A stretch of 64,000 nucleotides of DNA. It comes from Amoeboaphelidium protococcarum X5. Its lineage: Eukaryota > Fungi > Aphelidiomycota. The notes beneath the pieces are model-generated. The model saw nothing but the letters and a program-made list of their open reading frames with translations, made no database searches and was not told the DNA's origin. The DNA lies in the NCBI GenBank assembly GCA_023515725.1, contig JALDTO010000154.1, forward strand, positions 310,001-374,000. Direction: 5' to 3'. The position numbers were made by a program, and so were the translations under genes. This document shows, piece by piece, positions 27,050-39,278 of the stretch (its first letter is position 1; the number at the start of each line of letters is the position of its first letter).

Positions 27050-28200
27050 TCATTACTTCTACAATGTCTCATCGTCGGAATCCTCAGGAATCACGTCCAC
27101 CAGTAGCTTCCAAACTTGCCTTCCCCGACTACAATTGCGCCTTCTAATGTTGGAGTTCTGCACTATCATTTACTTCAGAAACTGAAGAGAGTTACCCAAA
27201 CCAAAATTTTTTATTGCTGTAACCTTGCAGGCTCGCGCAAAATTTTCGACACTTAGGAAGACTCCCAAATCATCTTTTGAAGGATATACTCGTCGCAATT
27301 GCTATACCAGTGAATGCAGCACATTGCAAGGGACGAAGTGGAGACGCTGTCTGATATCAGTTACAGTCAACTCCCAATCATAGTACGCCAGATAGTCAAA
27401 CTATTCACAAGCGCTGTGCAGAGTATTCAAAGATTCTGAAAAGCCGGCAGCATTGTTCCAAATTAGCACGTGCTTCTTATCCGACTAGTCTTTTGACTCT
27501 CCTACAGCACGACTAAACTCCATCCATTCATCATTGGTTGTTAGATCTTCAGACAACTTCACCTTGTAAAAAAACAACTCCTTCTCAAATTTCTGCACTC
27601 TGATCACTTCATTCATCATTGATTTAAGGACACCTATATGCCGGCGACGCGCAGTAGCCATGTCAGTCCGCGTGCAGCCACAGCAAAGTACAAGAAATCT
27701 TCCAAATTTTCACCTTCATCTTCATTTTTTAAGTCATACACTTTGCAACCATTAACCAACTCAAACGCGTTTCCTGTAAAGACTTTCTTGTCTTCCTCCC
27801 TATCCTTGATGAGATAGTACTTCTCACCATTAATAATTTAGATATACTTTTGAACGCTTTCTTCTGGAAATATGCCTCCAAGGATGTCCTCAATACTTTT
27901 TTCAATTGATCGCGTATCAGTCTCTAAATCATTGAACTATCTATCAAATTATAGTAAAAATTGTGCAGCACTAAATCCATAGAAGCAAAGGTTATCTCGC
28001 CATACTACAGATTACAGCTTTACAATAACCATCCAGAAGATATGTACCATACTGATTCTAGACATCAATGTCAAAATTATTCTAAGCTCAATACTTTTCA
28101 ACGCTTAAATTAGTTTACTATATTCTTCCACTAGTACCAATACGACTGACTCTGATGCAAGATCACATTATTTCCAGCATTTGCTAATTTCAAGGCCTTC
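27050..28200 (-). pseudogene. Fragmented ORF(s) of unknown function
   Basis: Two long TGA-free frames (about 28200-27620 and 27661-27050) offset by a frameshift. No recognisable domain. Confidence 0.35.
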
Positions 28201-28484
28201 GTTGTCACAATGCCGATATACACCCTTCTGCGCGCATCGGGGAGAACATATTCTTCCCTTTGAACAATTTACGGTAATAATGACTTGGCAGAGCTTGTGA
28301 TAACCTGAAAGAAAGAGAACGAGAGTGAGAGAGAAGAGCTATTCCGTGCAGCAACTCGCGATAAAAGCTAGTGTTTCACACGCTTGAAAATATTTTTTAA
28401 ACTCTTTGTTGCGCACTGTTCTGTACTCATAATTTAAAGTGCACTACGCCGCTGATTTAATACTACTACAACACTAAAGTGAAA

Positions 28485-31022
28485 ATGAACAAGAAAAAGA
28501 GTCAACAATAATAATAATAAGTGTCATAGAGTAATGGTGGGAAGTAGGGAGTGTCCGAGACATTTCTGTCACCGCCAGTGGAGGAAGCATTGCATGAAAT
28601 ATTGAGAGACTGGCCTCAACTGGTGCCAAGCATAGAGCAGATTGAGCGTAATGAAACAGACTACAATCCCATCACTCTGGCGCTAGAACTGCTTGATACA
28701 ACTAATCCTGCATCCAAGTCTCCGGATATGTTCTTATAGTCTCTGGGCAAGCTGGAACATGCGATGGAAGTCTTGGTGGATGAATACTACACTCCATTTA
28801 ATGCCAGTATTTAGACGTACAGCCAAGTGTCACAAATGGTTGGATCATCGCTCACATCAGCCACCACGATCAAGAGTGATCTGGTCAAGTGTATTACTCT
28901 GCTCTCTGAACGACGTAATGACCGTATGAATTAGGAACTTCTGTCCGTGTGGACCAAGTCTGTCAAGGTGAAGGAGATGCTCAAGATGTTCACGCAGATT
29001 GATGAACTTGTCCAGACTCCTGCGAAGATATAAACGTTAATGGCGGATTCAGAGTATGTACAGGCTGCCAAGTTGTTACTTTCAAGTCTCAAGAAACTTG
29101 GCGTCGGTCAGTCATAAACTAGTGGTTTGAATGAAGTCCAAGGGCTGAAGTAGTTGACTGATAATCTTCTAGTGCTGCGTAAAGAACTTCCATCACAGAT
29201 ATTGAACCATTTGGTGGAGATCATGTTTGGACATGGCGATTATTATCAGTAAAACTTGTTTAGTTCTGGTCGCTAGTTCAGTATTGAAAATAGTGGTGGT
29301 TATGGTATAGACGGTGATATTCATCATCCAGGTAAAGAGAATGATAACTTTATCCCTGGACATATCCACCATAATCGAGACAAATCTAACTCCGTGTAAG
29401 GCAAAGGTGGCGGTAAAGTTTCTACTATTGCTAGCAACACTCGCAATGATGGTAATAAAGATGTTTTTCATCTTGTCAGTATGTGCGTCTAAGCTTTAGA
29501 TTTATTTGATAAGGTGAATGAATCTGCAGCTGAGATTAAAAGTAGACTGAGCAATGAAATGTTCAAAGTTACTGAGGCTGTAATAAAGTAATTTGAGTCC
29601 AATTTTGGTTAGACGAAAGGTTAACTAAAGCAGTTTAAGAAGAAGACTGCGAACTTGGTATTGAATGAAGTTTTCAATCTGAAGAAGAAGGACCCTTTAT
29701 GGACATTGCTTAAAGGAGAAGATGAATAGTAGCGGAAATTGTTACTTCTTCTATTCTCCTAACTGTTTGAGAGGTATAGATGGATTTATTAGATGAATTA
29801 GTATGTGGTGAATTGCCTCAAAGATTCTTACATGTCAGAGTCCATGGAGAAGATGTATTATCTGTAGGTGACTGATGGGCGAAAGAGTCCTGTGAAGGAT
29901 AAGGTGCTACGCTTATCTGCTGTAGACTCATGGAATGCCATTTAGACAGAGCTGAAAGATATTTTGGAGTTGTATTTGGACATTTAATCTCACCAGATTT
30001 AAGATAAGCCACTGCCTATTGTAAAGCCTTAATAAGGAGCTTCTGGCAATTCATATAATGGCGCTGGATAAAAGTCAATTTTCTAAATCGCCACTGAAAG
30101 CATTACCGGCGTGACTCAGTCTGCCAAAAGCACCAGCAGTCCACTGAAATCAAAGCCTGAAGATGTATAATTGCGCCCACAATCTACTCAGGTCCCCGTG
30201 GCCACCAATACATCGGGAACTTAAAGACATTAACTTTTAGTAGATGGTAGCATTGCCAATATCCTCACTTTGTATAAGCCATGTGTCGACTTTGCAGCTT
30301 TAATGGAGGCTAACTTCTTGAATAGATTCGAGCGCCGTAGTGAAATATTCTCATTTCTCAACACCGCGTTGGGTACGCAGTTTATTGAATACATGAACAA
30401 GATGGTGGTGGAGAGTCGATACAACACCACTGTAATGGTTGATGACGCGTTTGACATTGACTCGGAGTCTGATGACTATTATCTGGTGCAAAGATGCTTT
30501 CCCTCAATGTCTGCTCTGCTCTACGATGTCTATGTGGTATAACACAGAATGCTCATGTTTGCTGATAAATTACAAGTTATAGTTGACAAGTGCATGAATT
30601 AGTTTATTAGCTCTTGTTCAGCGTACTTTGAGAAGACTGCAAGCAGGATAAATTCTGGCCTATCAAGCGAGTATGCTAGTAGTAAGATTGCTATTGATGT
30701 TTTGCAATTGGATCAAGTCACTTCAGTGTATCGTCAAGTTTTTACTGGTAGTAATGATGGTGGGAATTCGGGCGCACTTAATAATTTGGGGAATCACGAT
30801 AAACTGGAATTGACAATTGATGAAATGCACTCTATTAAGCAGCGATTCATTGAATAACGCTTTGGAGAAGAATTTGCATTCATTAATGTTGATTACTCTA
30901 GCGTGGATTCTATCGCCAACTTGTACGTCTCTCTGCGATGGTTCACCCGTTCCATTGAATGTATCCCTGTTAGATTGGCAAATGTTCCATCTCAGACCGC
31001 TTCGCCTAGTGTACAGCGGTGA
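28485..31022 (+). CDS. SEC8: Exocyst complex component Sec8/EXOC4 (appears C-terminally short)
   Basis: Sec8 N-terminus DYNPITLALELLD..LVDEYYTPFNASIQTYSQV and later IANLYVSLRWF. The frame closes at TGA 31020 (845 aa). Confidence 0.8.
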
Positions 31023-31147
31023 TTCTGTAAAATTACTCGTTTTGTTATTGTATCTTTTTTTGAGGTTTTCAGTAGTTATTTTCACTCACGTACTGTAATA
31101 CTTATTAAATTCGAAGTTGTTTTAGCTATAACGCGTCAGGTTTAGTC

Positions 31148-32236
31148 ATGACGTTGACTCCCAGCGAAATTATAGCAAGGTGCCAAAGTAAGTATATATC
31201 TACTAAAAGTCAATGAATGCGAAATTTACTATTATATCTTGTAGATTTAAAGTAACGAATAAACGTAAAATCTCAATCTGATAATGTCAAGAGCGATGGG
31301 ACGAGTATGCAAACAGAGTGTATCCAAGAAATCGCCATGTTAGAATCCTAAATGCACCAGGTGCGCTCTCAAATGCCAGCATACGATGTGAAAATGTGCT
31401 CAGATATTCTTACATCTTTAAAGCGATAATTGGATTCTTATAGTCAAGTTGCGCGTCCAAGATTTTAATTCAAGAGCACGTCGCGGTAACGTGAAGCTGA
31501 TTAGACTTTTTTAAGTAAAGACTCAGTGGATTCAGTTTAGTAGATATGCGGTAAAGCTAAAGATTAAGAATCTGACGATAATCAGGAACTGTTGGCTGTC
31601 AGCGAACAGTGTTTTAGTATTTGTGACGTTCATCATTGCCATCAGTTACCTGAATCATTGCGGAGTCTGTTGGTAACTGCTAATCATTAGACTCTCTCTG
31701 TTAAAAACTGTTCATTCGCCATAATTGATCTTCAAAGCATTAGATATGAGCCAAAGTCTCTGCGTATATCAAATTTACAGTCATGCCTGGTGATTGCTCC
31801 TCCTGTTGATGGACCGGTGTTTGTAGATGGCGTAACAGAGTCTCTTATCATCTGTCATTGCAAGCAGTTGCGCGTTCATAACAGTTCTGATGTAAAGTTC
31901 ATTGGATTTAGCTCAAGTTCACCTGTAATTGAGAATTGTACACGGCTCACCTTTGCAGATTGTCGCGATTTTTATAAGCATTATGAAAATAAAGATTATG
32001 TCGTTTAAGGTAGTAGCGACTAATAGAATGATGGATCTTAAATCGTTGGACCAGTTAATAAGTTTTATCAAGTGCAAGATTTTGGATGGCTTCAAGCTGG
32101 GCAGAGTCCAAACTTTAAAATTGATAATTCTGTGTCTGACGTTACAAGTCATATTTAAGAGTAGATTTAGATTTTCTCTGATAATATTCGATAGCAGCAA
32201 TAGCAAGAACAGAAATGTGATATAGGTAGAACATGA
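31148..32236 (+). CDS. TBCC: Tubulin-specific chaperone C
   Basis: Intron 31188-31244. N-terminal motif MPAYDVK..RPRFQFK. C-CAP motifs GPVFVD..CKQLRVHNS..PVIENC and QVQDFGWL..SPNF. Confidence 0.88.
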
Positions 32237-32346
32237 ATAAATTAGCATAAAGTTACAAAGCTAGTACTCTTATTAACGTCCAACCTCAAGCGTACTCTAT
32301 TTCGAGCGTCATAACACGTTGATACTCGCCAAAGTGTTCACCAAGT

Positions 32347-34146
32347 TCACGTTCCGACATACTGAGGACCGCCACCACCTTGAGGCACGACCCAGTTTAT
32401 GTTCTGTGATGGATCCTTGATGTCACAAGTCTTGCAGTGAACACAATTCTGCGCATTGATCTGCAGGCGCTTACCACCAGATCCATCCTCCTTCTCTACA
32501 TACTCATAAACACCTGCTGGGCAGAATCGGTTCTCTGGACCATCGAACACGGCTAGATTCCTATTCACTGGCACATCCTTGTCCTTGAGAGTGAGATGAA
32601 CAGGCTAGTCGTGATCATGATTAGTACCAGATCGGGTCAAGTTGGTGAGCAGATCAAAGCTGAGCACACCATCCGGTTTAGGATACTCTATGCGCTTAGA
32701 CTCTGCGGCTGGCTTCAGACAAGCATAATCAGGAGGTCCATGCTTAAAGGTGACCGGCAATTTGCCTCTAAACAGAATCGTCTCCAATCCAGACCACAAT
32801 ACACCTCCATAGAGTCCTTTGAACGAGTGAAAAGCAGGACGGCAGTTGCGAATAGCCCACAATTCCTCCCATACCCACGACTCTTTCAATGTCTTTTCAT
32901 ACTCAGAAAGTTCAATAGCAGATGATGATGATGATGAACCTGCAGACTCTTCAGATGCGCCGCTAAGAGCATTGAAAGCAGCTTCTGCAGCTAACATTCC
33001 ACTCTTCATCGCCGTATGAGTGCCCTTAATCTTTGGCACATTGACAAATCCGGCAGAGCAGCCAATAAGTGCACCACCTGGGAAATACAGTTTAGGTACA
33101 CTCTACACACCACCCTCATTAATAGCACGAGCACCATAAGCAACACACGTTCCGCCCTCCAAGTACTATCTAATAGACGGATGATGCTTGTATCTCTAAA
33201 ACTCCTTGTACGGACTCAGATACGGATTAGTGTAATCCAGGGCAACTACAAAGCCAACATAAATCTTGTTACCATCTGCATGATACAAGAACGATCCTCC
33301 GTATGTATTAGAGTCTAGAGGCCATCCAAGACTGTGAACCACCAATCCGGGCTGGTACATCTTGTTTTTTTCTGGATCAATCTCCCACACCTCCTTAATT
33401 CCAATACCATAAGTCTAATGCTGACAGTCTTTGCGCAAGTCAAATTTATTGATTAGCTCTTTTGACAGCGAACCGTGAACACCTTCACCAAATAGAGACA
33501 GCTTGGCATGAAATTCCATTCCACGTTCGAACGAGTCTTTAGGCTTACCATCACGGGCAATACCAACATCATTAGTAGCGACACCTTTTACATTTCCATT
33601 GTCATCATACAACACCTCACTAGCAGCTATTCCGGGATATACCTCAACACCCAACTCTTCCGCCTGGTCGCCCAACCACTAGGTGACCTCTGATAGACTA
33701 ACTATATAATTACCCTTATTCGACAGGGATGGAGGATGCGGTAGAGGAAGCGAAGACTTTTCAGAGAGATAGAGCATTTTATCTTTAAGTGCAGGCTGTC
33801 TTAGAGGAGCACCGCGGCCCTTCCAATCTGGGATAAGCTCATTCAGAGCCCGTGGTTCCAACACACAGCCAGACAGAGTGTGTCTACCGATCTCTGCCGC
33901 TTTCTCCAACACTACAACTCTTAAATCCTTATTCTGCTCGTTGCACAGCTACTTGAATCTAATCGCTGCTGATAGCGATGCAGGTCCTCCACCAACGATG
34001 ACAATATCAGTTTCGTCAACCGGTCTCTCTGCCTCAATCTTTGAGCCGAGCACAGACATTGGACCCTCTGCATAGGAACTTTAGAATCTTTTGGCACATA
34101 CCGCTAGCGATTTCTTGATTCTAGACGCTGTAGTCAATCTCTTCAT
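32347..34146 (-). CDS. ETFDH: Electron transfer flavoprotein-ubiquinone oxidoreductase
   Basis: Motifs: [61 protein letters not shown]. 599 aa. Confidence 0.96.
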
Positions 34147-34458
34147 ATTATAGCAGTCGATGTCACTTTTAAGCTATTACAATTTAAAAAAGTGTACAAG
34201 CTTTGCACTGACTGACTGACGTTTATCGCTGCGCGCAGTTCTAAATGGAAAGGAAGATCGAAAATCCGTGCGCTGATCAAAAACTATTCAAACAACCTGC
34301 TGTTACGATATGACTTTTTTTATCAACACCAATAGCTTTTTAGAAATCATTTAAAATAGCAAATAAAACTAAATTAAATGCCAAGTTGAGATTGTATATT
34401 AATCGCTCTTCTGAATAGCAGTAAAGTGAATTACAGCATTAAACGTGTAAAAAGAATA

Positions 34459-35326
34459 TCAGAAAATGACATCAGCATCATGTTCATCCTGGAGCAGATT
34501 AGGCCCGACCTGAGCAGGATCAACAGCGAAATTGCCGTCAGTGTTCATACGTACTGCATTCTTGGCCGCTTCCTGATCAGCGTGTGCCAGCATCTCTTTG
34601 TATGCAGCCTCCTTGGCCACCTTCTTCTTACCTTGCACCTTCTTGAGACGAAAGAACTCCTCTCTGTCCAGTTCATCCAATTCTGACTGAATGTATTTGA
34701 TAGTGTTCTCTATTCTGGGGATAACCACGAATTCTATAGCATTAACTCTCCTGTTAGTAGCCTTGATCACCTCATCGAGGATTACAAATGCCGTCTACAA
34801 AGAGGCAATCTCAATCAGCAACTCTACCGACTTGACGTATGTCTCTTTACATCGCTGCACCTGAGCACCACCACGACCAAGCCCGGTCAATTCAAAGGCA
34901 TTTCCAGGCTCATATTACTTTTCAAAGGCGGGAATCAATACACCGCTCACGTTCTCCTGCCGACTTTTGACTTTATAGTTGGCAGTCTTCACGTTCTCCC
35001 GCACCTGATATCCAATGTCACCGGCAGCGTATACAACTTGTGAGTATGAGAAGGAGGCAGTCTGCATCACCTGGCCCATCTGGCGCTTGAGATCATCAAT
35101 CTTGTGCAGAATCTCTCTAAATCTCTTTGTCAAAGCCTCGCTCTTCCTCTTTAACAGAGAATGACCAGTCTGAGCACCTTTTAATTTGATCTTCATGTTG
35201 GTCAAAGCCCTACACATTAGAACGCAGTCATTGTTAATACAGTGATTGTTAGTGTCAATAGTGATCGATCGCCATAAAATAGTCTTACATCCTGGTAGGA
35301 AATATCGCAATTCTATTACTGCTCAT
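34459..35326 (-). CDS. VMA8: V-type ATPase subunit D
   Basis: Intron 35210-35288. Motifs: [62 protein letters not shown]. Confidence 0.96.
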
Positions 35327-35609
35327 AATTACTCAATTATTTCAACTCAACTTTACTCTTATAACTATAATTATTTGATGAAAGGTCTAAATTACAAGTT
35401 AAAAGTGACTACTATGCTCAGCTATAACAGTATTCACTTGAAAGATGACGGTCAAGAGAAAGACAGGAGCGGGAGATCTCTCAGCGATTGCAATTCGGAA
35501 CTTTACTAAAGAGCGCATAAAGGAAGCTTTGTTAAAGCAAGATTAATTAATAACTATTAATTTAAAGGTTTTAATTATAAGCTCAAGAATCATATCTATT
35601 AATTATGTA

Positions 35610-36893
35610 TCACTGATATTACCTTTGCTTTGTGAGAATTGACTAGATCTTGGCTAATTAATCCGCAGATAGACTGTGGCGCTCAATCTGCTCATCTTTT
35701 AGAACAAGCAAAGTATTCCCCAGTTCATACGGCAGATCGTCGTCCCACCGCGTTAATTTAAACTTTCCAAGACTACAGCCAGATATGACACTTTTACCTC
35801 GGCAACATTCATCAGCAATAAATGCTATATCAATCTCTGAGATTTTGATCAATTATTGCTACTACTCTTTAGGTATCGATTCCACAAGATCTCGCCACAA
35901 CTACTTGTAAAACTTTGGTCTGTGCTCGATAGCTGCGCGGTCAACCGTGACACCACCCAACTCTGCAAGCACATGGGCAGCAATTGCAGTACCAAACATT
36001 GAAGGCAGAGGACTGACCACCGGGAGTGTACGAACGCGAAAGTTGGGCAGCGTTGCATAGTCACCTGCTTCTTCCGGCTTATCAGTTGGCAACGAGGAAA
36101 TGGACACCTATGGCTTTTCATCGGAGAATACCACTGTAATCGAGTCTAATACTCTTTCCAAGTGTTGAGGTTGAGGATAGAACTTCTTCAACTTTTACCG
36201 GACACTCTTGGCCAGACTATCACCCTTTACTTCAGCAAGAGTAGCTATGCGTACGCGAGTCGGATCAATCTTCATTGCACTTCCCATACTACTGATAACT
36301 TTGATACCACGGTCGTAGCAGTATCGCAACAGATCCACCTTGGTATCGATATTGTCTATGCAATCAATCACGTACTCTGGATTTCCCGCAAGCAATTAAT
36401 CAGCCACATCCATCTAAAATAATTACACTTTCGCATCAATAGAACACTGAGGGAAAACCTGACGTGCAAAGCTTTTAATAGATTACACTTTAGGTAGACC
36501 AACATCAGATCTTAGAGCGGTGGCGTGTCGATTAAGTGATGACAGAGTGACTTGATCAAAATCTATAACTCTCAGCTTTTGTACGCCTGACCGAATTAAA
36601 TTCACAGCACAGTGTGATCCAACACCGCCAAGTCCCACTACCACAATGAATGAATTTTTAATCCTATCCATACCATCTTGGCCAAAGAATTAATGATTAC
36701 GCGTCAATTACTCCTATTCTAATTCGATATTTCCTAAAGTGCCTCTATCACTTTTGCTGTTAGCTAGATCACTGCTTAAGCCTTGATGATTCGATTTCTT
36801 ATTACTCTGCTGTTTATTAGCTATCACAGAGAACACTATCCAAGCAGCAGCAGCACCAGATAAAAATATAAGAGATGATCGATAATTGTCCAT
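35610..36893 (-). CDS. TCD1: tRNA threonylcarbamoyladenosine dehydratase (ThiF family, Tcd1/Tcd2)
   Basis: N-terminal TM segment. Motifs: VVVGLGGVGSH, DFDQVTLSSLNRH, YVIDCIDNIDTK, VVFSDEKP, PLPSMFG. Confidence 0.9.
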
Positions 36894-37184
36894 TAAATAA
36901 ATGATATAGATATCGGATGGTTAATTGCCGCGTTTTAATGAAAGTTTGTCTTAACACGAAGACAACGTTCTCTCTCTTATCAGTGTGAATAAGATAAAGT
37001 CATGTTAAAAGTCTGTCGATTTAAGCTTGCTCGCCAGTAACCACTCAGACCGGATTTACAGCAATAACAATCATCAACAACAATAACACTAAATTCATAT
37101 AAAATACGATATCTATTATTCAATCGGTCAATATAGATTAGCTCAATTAGTCAATAAAGATCTCCTCATAGTAGAATTACATGC

Positions 37185-39094
37185 TCATACTCGCCAAGAA
37201 TGATCCTTGACGCGTTTCTTGTTGTTTTTGTGATGCTTCTTACCACCTGCAGCGATATCCAGCATAGATGTAGTGGATCCAACGGCTGAACTGGCAGCCG
37301 CTACAGAGTCTCCATCACCGACGCCACTCCCACTTCCACCCATTATATATCCACTCTGATGCGGGAAATGATTCAGTCTTGAGAATCCAGGCACTTGCTT
37401 GTACTTGCCCGTGATCTTGACACCCACCGCACCACTATCCTAATCTTGAAAGAAGCTCTTATCAAAAGTCTTTGGAGCATGACGGCGCTCTTTTTAATTT
37501 ACTACAGGTGATGAAGCAGATTCACTATATGTACTATGCTACGCCGTCTTCTTTGACTCAAGTTTAGCCTGTGCCTGTAGATAGACATCATGCAGACGAC
37601 CACCTTCCTGGTACGAGAACTGATTAAACTATTCGGGATCATACTCACACCCAGGTGGAGGATAGACATACAATAATTCTCCATTCACATAAGCTTTCAA
37701 TACAAGTCGGGCAGAGCGAGATTCGTCAGGATTACCTTGTCCAGATCTCATGAATCCTCTAGCCTAGGCAAGTGAGAGCAGCAAATCTTGTCCAGATATT
37801 TTCTTATTCTAACTTTCATCAAGGAACCCATTAGAGCTAGTAACTGATATAGTGATACCGTACAAGTACTCTAGCAGCCACTTTGGAATTCGCGTAACCA
37901 ACATCTCTGAAGGGGATCTGTAATCTCTGAGCTCATCGACATTCAGTACGCCATTGAGTACCATGTCTGCTTTCGTGGCTGCAAACGTCGGAAACACCAG
38001 ACCAGGACAATCACAGAGAGTGATCTGGGGATAAGACGGAATTACACCTTTCAACGTCTAAAAGTGCTTAGTCTTTCCAGGCGTGGCAGACACATTAACT
38101 TTCTTATCCTGAATCAGAGCATTAATCGTGGAACTTTTACCAACATTAGGATACCCACATAATCCCACTACAACTTCCTTCTTGTCTGCTGGTGCAAATT
38201 GCAGCAAAATCTCACAGAGCTCATTGCAGCTGATAACATCACTGATTGACTTTGGCTATTCAACTTTCTGATCATCCACCTGCACATCATCTTGATCGTC
38301 TTCAGTGGCCTGTGAGGCTACATACGCGGAAAAGAAGGCGAATTTGATGCCTTGAGCCACAAAGTATTCAGCCCAAGATTCACGCTGCTACTTGCTCAAA
38401 AGATCTGCTTTATTCACCAGTAAAACATTAACTTTTGAACTATCAACCTCCACAACGTACTTTTCCAAATCCTCACTTCTATAGAATAGCGGATTCCTAG
38501 CATCTAGAATCTGAACAACAATATCACTTCTCTCCACTACTCTCCACAACTAACGCCACACCTCAAGATTCCTTTCATATGGTGTCATCAGCATCTTCTT
38601 CTCTTCCTCCAACACGGCCAGAGACTTTCGCCACTCTAGAAAACTATCACGCTCATTGCGATCGAGTTCATCAGCAGTAGTACTCGAATCCCAGTGTGGA
38701 CGACGTGGCACTTTCAACTGATCTTGATATTGCGTCATTTTCTACTGCACTTCCTTCATCTTGGCATCGCTCATCACCAATGGATTATGAGTGTCATCAG
38801 AGGTGGACACAATGTGCAGATTACGGCGCTCAGCAGTAAATTCAGTGCCAGCCAGTTCAGCATTTCTTAAAAACGCGTCCAGATCATTTTCCTGAGTAAT
38901 TGATTATAATTTCACAGACTTTGGTGTCTTGTCGATATCAGTGGTAAACTACACATCATCATATAAGTTACGGGATATCAATATAAATATATTAGCTGTA
39001 ATCTTACAAGTCTAGTGTCATCATCTCTGGGCCTCTACCCAGCAAATCTACTCTTAATTATAGCTCTACCCAGCTATTTACCGTTTTTGCCCAT
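37185..39094 (-). CDS. LSG1: Large subunit GTPase 1 (circularly permuted)
   Basis: Intron 38949-39007. Motifs: TPYERNLEVWRQLWRVVERSD, NKADLL, GYPNVGKSS, TPGKTKHFQT, DCPGLVFP. Confidence 0.96.
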
Positions 39095-39147
39095 ATTGGC
39101 TTGTAAATTACCACTCTACCTACTTTTAAAAAGAAGAAAAAATTGTA

Positions 39148-39172
39148 AATTTTACCGCGAAGCGGTAAAATT
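39148..39172. repeat. Perfect 11-bp inverted repeat with GAA loop (AATTTTACCGC-GAA-GCGGTAAAATT)
   Basis: Directly visible. It lies between the transposase-like ORF stop and the LSG1 start. Confidence 0.9.
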
Positions 39173-39278
39173 ACCAAGCAGGGGCTCACACCTGTTTAAA
39201 CTTAAGGTCGAGCAGGAGATAAAATTGTAAAATTAGAGCTATCAAAATTAACTATTAGTACATTTGTGTCAAAGGTCA

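Noticed and set aside
31011-31151. Sec8-TBCC splice fusion or ATGA stop/start overlap
   Set aside because: Sec8 already stops at 31020. A fusing intron would need a TTCAG acceptor, whereas all 12 supported introns use TGTAG.
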